From positions 1 through 35,201 of the IMG/VR virus record IMGVR_UViG_3300044657_000112: a stretch of 35,201 bases of DNA; one strand, given 5' to 3'. This stretch comes from a virus (Duplodnaviria; Caudoviricetes). The notes below the pieces were generated by a model. That model did no database searches. It worked only from the letters and a program-made list of their open reading frames with translations, and was not told the origin of the DNA. Positions 1 through 7,890 of this stretch are shown one piece after another; position 1 is the stretch's first letter, and every line of letters starts with the position of its first letter. The position numbers and the translations under genes are program-made.

Positions 1-141
1 CGTTCTCTCCTCACTTTCCCCACCACTGTCAGGAGGTAGTGATGACAATCACGCTTAAAATTGATGACGAAGTAATGCGCCTCATAGACCTTATGAGCGC
101 ACAAGAAGCCAATGCCTTTGATGGCGACCCCAATGACACCT
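1..141. repeat. Terminal direct repeat, left copy (circular-assembly overlap)
   Basis: 1-141 matches 35061-35201 except for one T/C difference (15 vs 35075). Confidence 0.95.
18..28 (+). repeat. Dispersed 11-mer CCCCACCACTG, copy 1 (same site as 35078-35088)
   Basis: Exact copies also at 6538 (rc), 6982, 16429, 17284 (rc) and 29733 (rc). Confidence 0.9.
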
Positions 142-233
142 ATGACAAGATACTCAAAGCTTGCAATTACAACATGGATGTAGTTGCCGAGCATTTTGAA
201 CTCGCCTCAAATAATGACGAACCAAGGTTTTAG
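42..233 (+). CDS. Small acidic hypothetical protein
   Basis: Strong RBS AGGAGG at 31-36; start GTG 39 or ATG 42; follows ssb across the circular join. Confidence 0.8.
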   Translation: MTITLKIDDEVMRLIDLMSAQEANAFDGDPNDTYDKILKACNYNMDVVAEHFELASNNDEPRF

Positions 234-429
234 GGGAGCGACTAATTCTCCTGTGGTCGTAACGAGGCCAGTAAGTCCAGTTGCTGCGTCCTAAAAGCTA
301 TAAATGCCAACAACTTTGTCCCCCTAGCAATTCATAGGGCAAGGAAAATTGGTCAAGCTCAGTCGCTTTAAAAAATGCAAAGTAAATTTATAGAAAGCCT
401 CGTATTAATAATAATCATCGGAGAGCATT

Positions 430-627
430 ATGAAAGTAATGGATGGAGACATGATTTCATGCCGTGATTGTAGCGGCAAAGGTTTCAAGTATGTAGAAAG
501 CATTTACCATGAGAGAAGCTCTTGGATGCCTCAAATGATGGTAGATGTAGTTCCCGAAGACTGCGAAACATGCAATGCTAAAGGCATCGTAATTGTTTCC
601 AAGGAGAAGGAAAATGCAAGATGCTAA
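430..627 (+). CDS. Small zinc-finger protein (DnaJ-type CxxCxGxG motifs)
   Basis: CRDCSGKG and CETCNAKG; GGAG RBS upstream. Confidence 0.8.
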   Translation: MKVMDGDMISCRDCSGKGFKYVESIYHERSSWMPQMMVDVVPEDCETCNAKGIVIVSKEKENARC

Positions 628-839
628 ACAATCTCAGACAAATACGCTTTATCAATCGGAAGACGACATGGCTTGGCTGGTTCGTCACTGTTCACCTCTT
701 CTTTACATTCACACTGCTGCTTATGCTCATTGGTCTAGGCATCAACCCCACACTGCTAGTCAGTGTAATCGGTGCGCCTCTGTGGATCTCAGTAGCTTTC
801 GTATCAAAATTCATCACAGATAAAATAATGGAGGACTAG
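621..839 (+). CDS. Small membrane protein, 2 predicted TM segments
   Basis: Two hydrophobic stretches; overlaps the upstream stop; next ATG abuts its stop. Confidence 0.7.
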   Translation: MLNNLRQIRFINRKTTWLGWFVTVHLFFTFTLLLMLIGLGINPTLLVSVIGAPLWISVAFVSKFITDKIMED

Positions 840-1511
840 ATGCCTTATTACGCATTAGTAAATGAAAGACATTCAACAGTTGGGCTTGAAACTATTGAGC
901 AAGTTGAGACTATTGTAGCCAAAAGTTTGGAAACAAAAAAATGGCCTCAAGGTGACTCAGGTTATGATGGCACTTGGGACATGGTAGAAATCTACGACAT
1001 GAAGGTTGAGTCCAATGGTAAGCGCAAGCTTGTTAAGAAATACTTCGCCAAAGATGGTGAGGTTAAACTTGCTGATGATTCTGCCTCATTAATTCATACA
1101 CATGCAAAAGACGACATTTACAAGATGTTTGGAATAAGCAATGTGTATGATCGCATGCAAGATCCAGAAAAGGTTTTTGTAGACATTTCAGTCATCAAAA
1201 ATCCATCAACATCAGACGATAGTTCTTTTGCTATGAAATACGAAAGCAACTACCTTGCCGAAGATGGAAGCGAAGATGCAGAAGAAAAGACAATCTCTCG
1301 CATTTTAGACCACAGAATGTTTGACACAATCATTGAAGCTGTCAGCAAAAGTTTCCTTGAAAACCAATGCGATGGGCAAAATGTCCTCAAAGTAGAATAT
1401 GGCGTTAGAGGCGAAAGCATTATGGAGGAGGATACATATGTCCAAGGATGGATTTTCAACAAAAAGGGACAACTTGTTGAGCAACATGGATATCCAAGGA
1501 AGGGGTTTTAA
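840..1511 (+). CDS. Hypothetical protein
   Basis: 223-aa ORF, GGAGG RBS, abuts both neighbours. Confidence 0.8.
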   Translation: MPYYALVNERHSTVGLETIEQVETIVAKSLETKKWPQGDSGYDGTWDMVEIYDMKVESNGKRKLVKKYFAKDGEVKLADDSASLIHTHAKDDIYKMFGISNVYDRMQDPEKVFVDISVIKNPSTSDDSSFAMKYESNYLAEDGSEDAEEKTISRILDHRMFDTIIEAVSKSFLENQCDGQNVLKVEYGVRGESIMEEDTYVQGWIFNKKGQLVEQHGYPRKGF

Positions 1512-1748
1512 ATGTCAGATCCTTATTACAGAAGCGACTGCGTCCTGACAATTGACAAACTTGAGTTCGACAACACAGACCCAGAATGGGTTACAGTCAG
1601 ATTCAAGCAAAATGGAAACACAGTTCACACAGTTCATGTGTCACCAGATGAAGACAGAAAATTTGATTTCTTTAACAAAATAGAGTTCGGAGATCGTTAC
1701 ATACTAATGGAGAGCATATATGCTTCAAATACCGTTAAATCAGCTTAA
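1512..1748 (+). CDS. Hypothetical protein
   Basis: 78-aa ORF between coupled genes. Confidence 0.7.
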   Translation: MSDPYYRSDCVLTIDKLEFDNTDPEWVTVRFKQNGNTVHTVHVSPDEDRKFDFFNKIEFGDRYILMESIYASNTVKSA

Positions 1749-3336
1749 ACATGCCAAAGACAATGTTCGCAAAGTCAAATCATCATCCCAAAGCCTAAAT
1801 GCACTAGCAGCCTCTATCGAATCACAGGGGCTGCTGCACAACCTTGTCATCCGCAAAAATGGCAAGGGTTATGAGGTCATTGATGGCAATCGCCGCCTTG
1901 AGGCACTCAAGAAAATCTATGGCAAAGAAGCTGCCAATGAGATCAACTGCATTGAGATCACAGAGAGTGACAATGAGGTAGGTCTTCATGCCAACATGAT
2001 GCGTGAAGACATGCACCCGCTTGACGAATGTGATGTTATCCACGCTCTTTGTGCAGATGGTGAAGAAGACTTCGACTCTGTAGGCAAACGCTTTGGTCAA
2101 ACAAATCAATGGGTTAAGCAACGCATTGCACTGTCGGAGCTATCTGACAAAGCCAAAGAGATGTTCCGTAACTATGAGTTTGGCATTGGCGTTGCCAGTG
2201 CATTGACTCTTGGTTCACATGAACAACAAGACCACTTCCTAGAAGAACATAAAGGCAGAGAGATTCACGTCCTATGGGTCAAGCAAGCTATGACTCAAAA
2301 GAAAGTGCCTACATCTGCTGCGCTGTTTGACATCACCAACCCATCGCCTCAGGTCATTGCTGACTTGGGCATCGAGTCTGATTTGTTTAGTGAAGAAAGC
2401 TTCATAACAGACTTACAAAAGTTCGAGGAATATCAGAACGCTCACATTGATAGTTACATTCAAGATAAGCGTAACGAAGGCTATCAGGACGTTGTGTATC
2501 TAAGAGATGAGTATTATTTTGACTCGCCGCAATGTCGTGGTTGGTCAAGTGTCCATGATGAAACAATCCCTAAACAAGATTGTATTCTTGTTGTGATATA
2601 CAACTCATATACGCATCAACTCAAAGAATTGCGTATGATGAGCAGAGAGCAGCTAGAGTTAGAATCAAAAGCAGAAGAGCAAGAAGAAGAAATAGAACTT
2701 ACACCTCTGGTATATACAGAGCCTCAAAAGCAACTGCTTCATGGCTATTATGCAAAAGAGATGAAAAATAAGCTTTGGGATTATGAAGATCATTCAGAGC
2801 TAACCAAACTTATGATGGCAATCATCTGCCACCGTAGGCTTGGATATACATATTCATACGAACATCGTATTGGCAACATCATTGCCGAAGAACAAAATAT
2901 ATTTCCAAGGGAGGAATATCCAGATGACTACAATACTCCTGAGTATGAAGAGTACATTGATATACATATTCAAGCTGCTCGTGAAGTTTTCGACAGTGAT
3001 GGAACTACTCCATTACAATATTGTCTTGATCTCGACCGTAAAGAACTATCTCGTCTCTTTAGCGCAATATGTCTCACGGCTATTAGCAAACATGATTGCC
3101 AGAATGAGAACTTCCAAAAGTCAGCCCCAGCTGTTGTTGAATCACAAGGTTGGTTCAAGCCAGACATCAAATGGCTAAACAAATATAAAACTGAGCAAAT
3201 TGATATGCTTTCAGAGTATGTCACTGGCAGCATCAAAGCTGGCAACAAGAAAGAAAAAGTTGAGCATCTCAGAAATCATCTAAGCATGTCTCCAAGGTTC
3301 GATCCGTTTGGTGATTGGCCTCAGCCCAAAGAGTAG
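1720..3336 (+). CDS. ParB/Spo0J-family protein of the long plasmid leading-region type
   Basis: LAASIESQGLLHNLVI, GNRRLEAL (ParB GxxR motif), REDMHPLDE, HTH (VGKRFGQTNQWVKQRIAL), C-terminal WFKP block. Confidence 0.9.
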   Translation: MLQIPLNQLKHAKDNVRKVKSSSQSLNALAASIESQGLLHNLVIRKNGKGYEVIDGNRRLEALKKIYGKEAANEINCIEITESDNEVGLHANMMREDMHPLDECDVIHALCADGEEDFDSVGKRFGQTNQWVKQRIALSELSDKAKEMFRNYEFGIGVASALTLGSHEQQDHFLEEHKGREIHVLWVKQAMTQKKVPTSAALFDITNPSPQVIADLGIESDLFSEESFITDLQKFEEYQNAHIDSYIQDKRNEGYQDVVYLRDEYYFDSPQCRGWSSVHDETIPKQDCILVVIYNSYTHQLKELRMMSREQLELESKAEEQEEEIELTPLVYTEPQKQLLHGYYAKEMKNKLWDYEDHSELTKLMMAIICHRRLGYTYSYEHRIGNIIAEEQNIFPREEYPDDYNTPEYEEYIDIHIQAAREVFDSDGTTPLQYCLDLDRKELSRLFSAICLTAISKHDCQNENFQKSAPAVVESQGWFKPDIKWLNKYKTEQIDMLSEYVTGSIKAGNKKEKVEHLRNHLSMSPRFDPFGDWPQPKE

Positions 3337-3791
3337 TTCATACCCCAATATGCAATCAGGGCTGACTCAGCTATTCCGTCCTGATTACGTTTCTCCCAGC
3401 AGACAGAGGCGTCTGGCATTAGTTCAGTTGCTCTCTGTCTTGCTTGGTCTTTGTCAGACGTAACACCAAGATCCTTCTTCCAGACTTGCGGCCTTACCTC
3501 TACAAACTTGTAGCCCAACGCCACAATTAAACCAAGATATATTCCATAACCAAAGCCAGTACGAAACGTGCTGACAACGCCTTGTTTTGGCATTGCTTGC
3601 TGCTTTTCAATAAACACTATCTTGGGAGAATAATCATCGAGTAATTCACATATAGATGCGACAGCCAAGAACTTCTTTGTCTTGCCAGCTACTCTGTATG
3701 TTTCTATAGGCACTGGCTTACAAACCAAATGCCTGTCATTCATAAAGGTAATTCCACCAGTAACGCCTGGGTCAATTCCGCAAATCATCAT
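3321..3791 (-). CDS. RuvC-like Holliday junction resolvase
   Basis: GIDPG, VFIE, FxxGxGYG, PQVWKK and DGIAES RNase H-fold motifs. Confidence 0.85.
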   Translation of the reverse strand: MMICGIDPGVTGGITFMNDRHLVCKPVPIETYRVAGKTKKFLAVASICELLDDYSPKIVFIEKQQAMPKQGVVSTFRTGFGYGIYLGLIVALGYKFVEVRPQVWKKDLGVTSDKDQARQRATELMPDASVCWEKRNQDGIAESALIAYWGMNYSLG

Positions 3792-4005
3792 TGTAAGCCT
3801 CTAATTTAATGTGACATCCAAGGGCTTCAGCCCAGCAATGTGCATTAAACAATGTTGGCTTCCTATTCCCACTTTCCCACTTAGCAACAAGTCCTGACGC
3901 ACAGCCAATGCGATCATCAAGCCGCTGCTGTGTCAGTCCTAGCTCATTACGCCTATTGCTAAACTGTTTAATGAGATAATCAGGGAATGTATCTGCATGA
4001 TTCAT
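3772..4005 (-). CDS. XRE-family HTH transcriptional regulator
   Basis: RRNELGLTQQRLDDRIGCASGLVAKWESGNRKP. Confidence 0.9.
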   Translation of the reverse strand: MNHADTFPDYLIKQFSNRRNELGLTQQRLDDRIGCASGLVAKWESGNRKPTLFNAHCWAEALGCHIKLEAYNDDLRN

Positions 4006-4011
4006 GGTGAC

Positions 4012-4042
4012 ATTATAAGATCATTCACAACATTCAAGTCAA
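4012..4042 (-). promoter_or_regulatory. sigma70-like promoter TTGACT-N19-TATAAT; leaderless HTH transcript
   Basis: TATAAT ends 6 nt before the ATG at 4005; no SD sequence; 19-bp spacer. Confidence 0.65.
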
Positions 4043-4110
4043 TAGTAATGTGAATTGAGCTTGCTTTTTGCATAGAATTACCGCAATCTGGTATCAAAGG
4101 AGGCGTAATT

Positions 4111-4410
4111 ATGTCAAATTTACCCTTTGAAATGCCAGTAAAAGATGTGTCAATCCACGCAGAGGGAATTGACGCAACAGATTGGATTCTAATTGATCCA
4201 GAAGCCAAACCAAAAGACGGTGATAATGTACTGATTAAAGATACCGACAGGTTTCTTATTCTTACATATTACTGCCCATACTATCTTGCAGGAAAAGAAT
4301 CCTTAATGGACATGACAATGTACGATCTTATGGGGACTATCATACAAAAATCAAAAACACAAATTCTAGGAGAAGAATATTATGCCGAAGTTGAGAGGAG
4401 CGCACTTTGA
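4111..4410 (+). CDS. S24 (LexA/UmuD C-terminal)-like domain protein, probably catalytically dead
   Basis: DVSIHAEGIDATDWILIDPEAKPKDGDNVLI resembles the S24 fold, but the catalytic Lys position is Leu; AGGAGG RBS. Confidence 0.55.
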   Translation: MSNLPFEMPVKDVSIHAEGIDATDWILIDPEAKPKDGDNVLIKDTDRFLILTYYCPYYLAGKESLMDMTMYDLMGTIIQKSKTQILGEEYYAEVERSAL

Positions 4411-4600
4411 GTGGTTAGCCACTGAAATAGCAGCCGACATACAACCACGGAAGCTAGACAGCTTTATCCGTAAGGTAAGACTATTTTCCCAAAATAATCG
4501 TTTCAATGAAGATCTGTTCCGTGACAGATGCGCTGATACGCTTCAAGCCAATGAGTATGATGAAGGACTAAATCCTGAATTGTACCAAGGGAGACACTAA
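4382..4600 (+). CDS. Small phage hypothetical protein
   Basis: NNRFNEDLFRDRC motif typical of small phage proteins; TAATG coupling to the next gene. Confidence 0.75.
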   Translation: MPKLRGAHFEWLATEIAADIQPRKLDSFIRKVRLFSQNNRFNEDLFRDRCADTLQANEYDEGLNPELYQGRH

Positions 4601-5463
4601 TGCTTACAGAAGCGCAACTAAAAGAACGTGCCACATATATCGGTTCATCAGATGCCAAGGCGATTGTTACAGCTAACTATGGCGACTGGCAAAAGCTAGC
4701 AGAAGAAAAACGTGGTGAACGTGTATGGAAACCAACCAAGCAAGTCCAGCTACTCATGGACACAGGGAGTTATCTTGAACCATATATCATTGACAAGTGG
4801 GCAGAAGAAAACAAACGCCAAGTCAATTTTCGTGGCGGCGGCAAGACTATTGTTGTTAACGGTGTGCCTATCCATTCTACCTTTGATGGGCGTGTTGTTG
4901 GCGATAATGCTCCTCTGGAGATCAAGGCGCACTTCGGCTTTAAAGACATAGATGAGCTAGCAGAGTTCTATGCGCCTCAATGCCAGCATCACATGATTGT
5001 ATCTGGTGCTGACCGCTGCTACTTCGTTGCTCTTTTCGGCGTTCGTTGCCGCATAGAATGGCGTATGCTTAACAAGGACGAGCGTTGGTGTGAAGACTAC
5101 CTAGCTAACTGCAAGTCCTTCTGGTCGTACTACCAAGGCCATACACCACACGATCCTTTACCTATGCCTCCGGTTGACCACAGCGACATGTTCGTTATGA
5201 ATATGCGTGACCTCGATGGCTTTGATGAAGAGATGGATCACAAATTTGGTTTTGCAGCACAAAACATCATTGACGCAAAGCAAGTTGTCAAAGTCAGTGA
5301 TGAAGCCAAAGATATGTTTAAAGAGTTAATGCCTAACAACTGTCGTAAGATGGACTATGATCTAGGTGGCAACATGAAGGGCCACTGGATCAGAGTTACA
5401 CGCTCACGATCTGGCACACTCACCTGTACTCACACTGCACCTAAGGAGAAGAATGATGACTGA
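4600..5463 (+). CDS. YqaJ/lambda-exonuclease family recombination nuclease
   Basis: R..YIGSSDA, G..LE, STFDG, LEIK, Y.PQCQHHM.VSG motifs. Confidence 0.9.
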   Translation: MLTEAQLKERATYIGSSDAKAIVTANYGDWQKLAEEKRGERVWKPTKQVQLLMDTGSYLEPYIIDKWAEENKRQVNFRGGGKTIVVNGVPIHSTFDGRVVGDNAPLEIKAHFGFKDIDELAEFYAPQCQHHMIVSGADRCYFVALFGVRCRIEWRMLNKDERWCEDYLANCKSFWSYYQGHTPHDPLPMPPVDHSDMFVMNMRDLDGFDEEMDHKFGFAAQNIIDAKQVVKVSDEAKDMFKELMPNNCRKMDYDLGGNMKGHWIRVTRSRSGTLTCTHTAPKEKNDD

Positions 5464-6031
5464 TTCAGTCTGGCACAATTTATCACGTTTTGATGTATCT
5501 AAAGAAGTAGAGCAGAAGGGTCGCTTTGACTATCTGTCTTGGGCATGGGCCTGGGCTTTTGTCAAAGAAAAGTATCCTACTGCTACCTTTGAGAAGCATA
5601 TCTTCAAAGACAATCAGGACAATCCGCTGCCATTTATGCGTGACACTAAAGGTCATACATATGTTGCAGTTACAGTGACCATCGAAAGCGTATCTCATAC
5701 AGAGATTCATTACGTTATGGATCACAAAAATCAATCTGTTCAGCATCCAGATGGCGGTCAGGTTAACAAAGCTCTACAGCGTTGCCTTGTCAAAGCCATT
5801 GCTTTCCACGGTCTTGGCCTCAATGTCTATGCTGGTGAAGATCTGCCTATGGATCTTGACGAACAGGATGGTTCTATTATCATCGAGGACTTTAACAAAG
5901 CTAAGTCGATTGATGACATTGATGGTATGTGGCGTAAGCACTCATCTGCTATCAGTACACTTGGCAAGGTTGCAAAAGGTCAGGTAACTGATGAGTTCAA
6001 GAAAGCGAAAAACAAGCTCAAAGCTGCATAG
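5453..6031 (+). CDS. sak: Sak (Rad52-like, DUF1071) single-strand annealing protein
   Basis: YLSWAWAW, VMDHKN, NKALQRCLVKAIAFHGLGLNVYAGEDLP. Confidence 0.9.
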   Translation: MMTDSVWHNLSRFDVSKEVEQKGRFDYLSWAWAWAFVKEKYPTATFEKHIFKDNQDNPLPFMRDTKGHTYVAVTVTIESVSHTEIHYVMDHKNQSVQHPDGGQVNKALQRCLVKAIAFHGLGLNVYAGEDLPMDLDEQDGSIIIEDFNKAKSIDDIDGMWRKHSSAISTLGKVAKGQVTDEFKKAKNKLKAA

Positions 6032-6212
6032 GCAAGAGTTGTGTCAAGCCTGTGCTGCATGGATAAATTGTAGCACAGGTGGCTTTGTAGTTGACGCAGC
6101 GGGCAACACAAAATGCTACCAATGTTATATTTCTCGTGCTGAAATAATACACAAGCCCGATCACAAGCTTGTAGAAGCAAAAAGAAAGATGACAGATGCA
6201 AGTATTCTCTGA
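5991..6212 (+). CDS. Small zinc-ribbon protein
   Basis: CQAC ... CYQC; overlaps both neighbours. Confidence 0.6.
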   Translation: MSSRKRKTSSKLHRQELCQACAAWINCSTGGFVVDAAGNTKCYQCYISRAEIIHKPDHKLVEAKRKMTDASIL

Positions 6213-6528
6213 CAGAAATTTACAAAGGCTGCTTGCTGCATCTGCTGTAATCCTATCATCAGAATCACATGCTGTAGAAAACTGTCTGTGGATCACTGGC
6301 AAAGGTAAAGACGGTGACTACAGACAGCTTTTCGTATCTATTGATTTCACAGAGATTGATGAGATGATGATAACCGTAACTCTATCAAATGAGAAACGTG
6401 GCAAAAGCACTTACATGAAATGGGGTCATTCACGTTGGATGACTGAAGGTGAAGTCGCTGGCATATGCCACATAATGATTGAAGCTCTCCATGACGGTGA
6501 TGGAGAGGACATCGTATTAATCAACTAA
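6196..6528 (+). CDS. Hypothetical protein
   Basis: 110-aa ORF within the early operon. Confidence 0.7.
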   Translation: MQVFSDRNLQRLLAASAVILSSESHAVENCLWITGKGKDGDYRQLFVSIDFTEIDEMMITVTLSNEKRGKSTYMKWGHSRWMTEGEVAGICHIMIEALHDGDGEDIVLIN

Positions 6529-6558
6529 CCCAACCAACAGTGGTGGGGAGGAGTCAAA

Positions 6559-6963
6559 ATGCTTGCTTACTTAATCAACCCTAGATACCAAAAAATTTCT
6601 GCTGCCAAATACTCAGGCAACTATGAGGATATCTATACATTCCTCAATGACGCCAGAGCCTTTGATGTTGTTCGATTATATGAAAATGAAGACGTTGCTT
6701 TTGTAGATGACGAAGGCTTGTATGTAGAAGATCAATACTTCTGGATTCACAAGAACTACCCAACGCCTCTTGCTGGTAACGCATTAATCCTTGGCACTGA
6801 TGATGAAGGTGAATCAGTATCGCCTAAAACAAAGATTACAGACATCAATGATGATGTTAAGTTTATAGGCACTAGGTTTGAACTTGCTTTATTGCACAAA
6901 CTTTACAAAGATATTGAGGACTACAGACCTTACTTCTTTGAATCAGAAAAGGGAGCAGCTTAA
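6559..6963 (+). CDS. DUF3846-like phage protein
   Basis: FVDDEGL and PLAGNALILGTDDEGES motifs; GGAGGAG RBS. Confidence 0.8.
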   Translation: MLAYLINPRYQKISAAKYSGNYEDIYTFLNDARAFDVVRLYENEDVAFVDDEGLYVEDQYFWIHKNYPTPLAGNALILGTDDEGESVSPKTKITDINDDVKFIGTRFELALLHKLYKDIEDYRPYFFESEKGAA

Positions 6964-7023
6964 AGCCACCCCCTTCTCTTTCCCCACCACTGCCGAGTCG
7001 GGCAAGTGATTTAGAGATGATAT

Positions 7024-7055
7024 AAAAAAGAGACCCCCCAGTCAAGGGGAGTCTC
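7024..7055 (-). terminator. Rho-independent terminator
   Basis: Minus strand GAGACTCCCC-TTGACT-GGGGGGTCTC-TTTTTT: 10-bp stem with one G-U, then U6. Confidence 0.85.
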
Positions 7056-7092
7056 AGGTTCTAGGGAGAACAACATGCCTAATGTTGTCCGT
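7024..7092 (-). ncRNA. Candidate small RNA with anti-SD segment
   Basis: Upstream TG-a-TAACAT -10 element, 5' hairpin ACAACAT/ATGTTGT, UUCUCCCU, then the terminator. Confidence 0.45.
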
Positions 7093-7130
7093 AAATGTTA
7101 TCACAAGAAGTAACGAGGGCTATTCACATT

Positions 7131-7352
7131 ATGTTTGAAGATGATCCAAATGCACAAGAAGACTCTGTAGGCAAATATTACAACCTAGAAACAATCACAA
7201 TTGTTGATAAGGATGTTGGTATGGATTTGAGGCCACCAAGAGAGTTCAAGTCATATAGGGAAAGAAACAGTAAAACAAACCCCGATGATGTGTTTAAAAT
7301 GTTACTTTCTAATACCCTTCAAGCTACGCAATCCAAAGCTAGCAGCTATTGA
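7131..7352 (+). CDS. Hypothetical protein (uncertain)
   Basis: ORF convergent with and overlapping the holin-like gene; weak GAGGG RBS. Confidence 0.4.
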   Translation: MFEDDPNAQEDSVGKYYNLETITIVDKDVGMDLRPPREFKSYRERNSKTNPDDVFKMLLSNTLQATQSKASSY

Positions 7353-7679
7353 AGCGTAAACTGCATACTGAAACCAAGCTGGTGTAGCAGATAAGGCTTC
7401 AAATCCACGCTCTACAAATGGTTGCGTAAAAGGAATAAAGCACATAGCAATTATGACAATAAAAAGTACAGTCCATGCTTCGTCTTTCCAGCTATTGTCG
7501 CTGTTCTGAGCCATGATCTTTTCCCAGCCAGCTTCATGTGTGGCTGCTGTAACCATGACCTGTGCCTCTGCCTCTGCTTTTGCTTTAGCAACAACTCCTT
7601 TGGCTTTGGTCTGCTCTACCTTTGATTCCATCCATGACCCAGCTAAACTAGCTATAGGGCCTATAAGTGCTTGTATCAT
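7302..7679 (-). CDS. Holin-like membrane protein (3TM/GTA-holin type)
   Basis: N-terminal amphipathic helix, SWKDEAWT, two TM segments, ASFGLR, basic C-terminus. Confidence 0.75.
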   Translation of the reverse strand: MIQALIGPIASLAGSWMESKVEQTKAKGVVAKAKAEAEAQVMVTAATHEAGWEKIMAQNSDNSWKDEAWTVLFIVIIAMCFIPFTQPFVERGFEALSATPAWFQYAVYASIAASFGLRSLKGIRK

Positions 7680-7873
7680 TTTTTCTCACTTCCTAGCCAT
7701 ACTGCAAATGCACCTGTCATAGCACCGGATACAACACTGACCATTGCACTTTGCTGTGTGCTAATAGTTTCCAGACTCATCCCCCATTCCACTACACGAA
7801 TATACATGATTGTCATAATAAACATCATTGCTCTTGGTAGCAGTTTAAGCTTTAATATTGTCTCGGCACTCAT
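7676..7873 (-). CDS. Small 2-TM membrane protein (lysis-associated?)
   Basis: LLPR.MM, EW.M, QQSA.VSVV.GAMTGAFAVWL; ATGA overlap with the holin-like gene. Confidence 0.75.
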   Translation of the reverse strand: MSAETILKLKLLPRAMMFIMTIMYIRVVEWGMSLETISTQQSAMVSVVSGAMTGAFAVWLGSEKK

Positions 7874-7890
7874 TTAAACCTCGGTGTATT

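Noticed and set aside
256-267. GTCGTAACGAGG resembles the conserved 16S rRNA 3' motif GTCGTAACAAGG
   Set aside because: Only 11 of 12 nt with no flanking similarity; compatible with chance
1720-4410. Temperate or phage-plasmid lifestyle from ParB plus HTH
   Set aside because: No integrase, ParA, Rep or protelomerase recognised; not supportable from the sequence
7075-7113. 12-codon ORF MPNVVRKCYHKK with a GGGAG RBS
   Set aside because: The terminator polarity and promoter motif point to the minus strand, so the apparent RBS is better read as the complement of an anti-SD; not fully excluded
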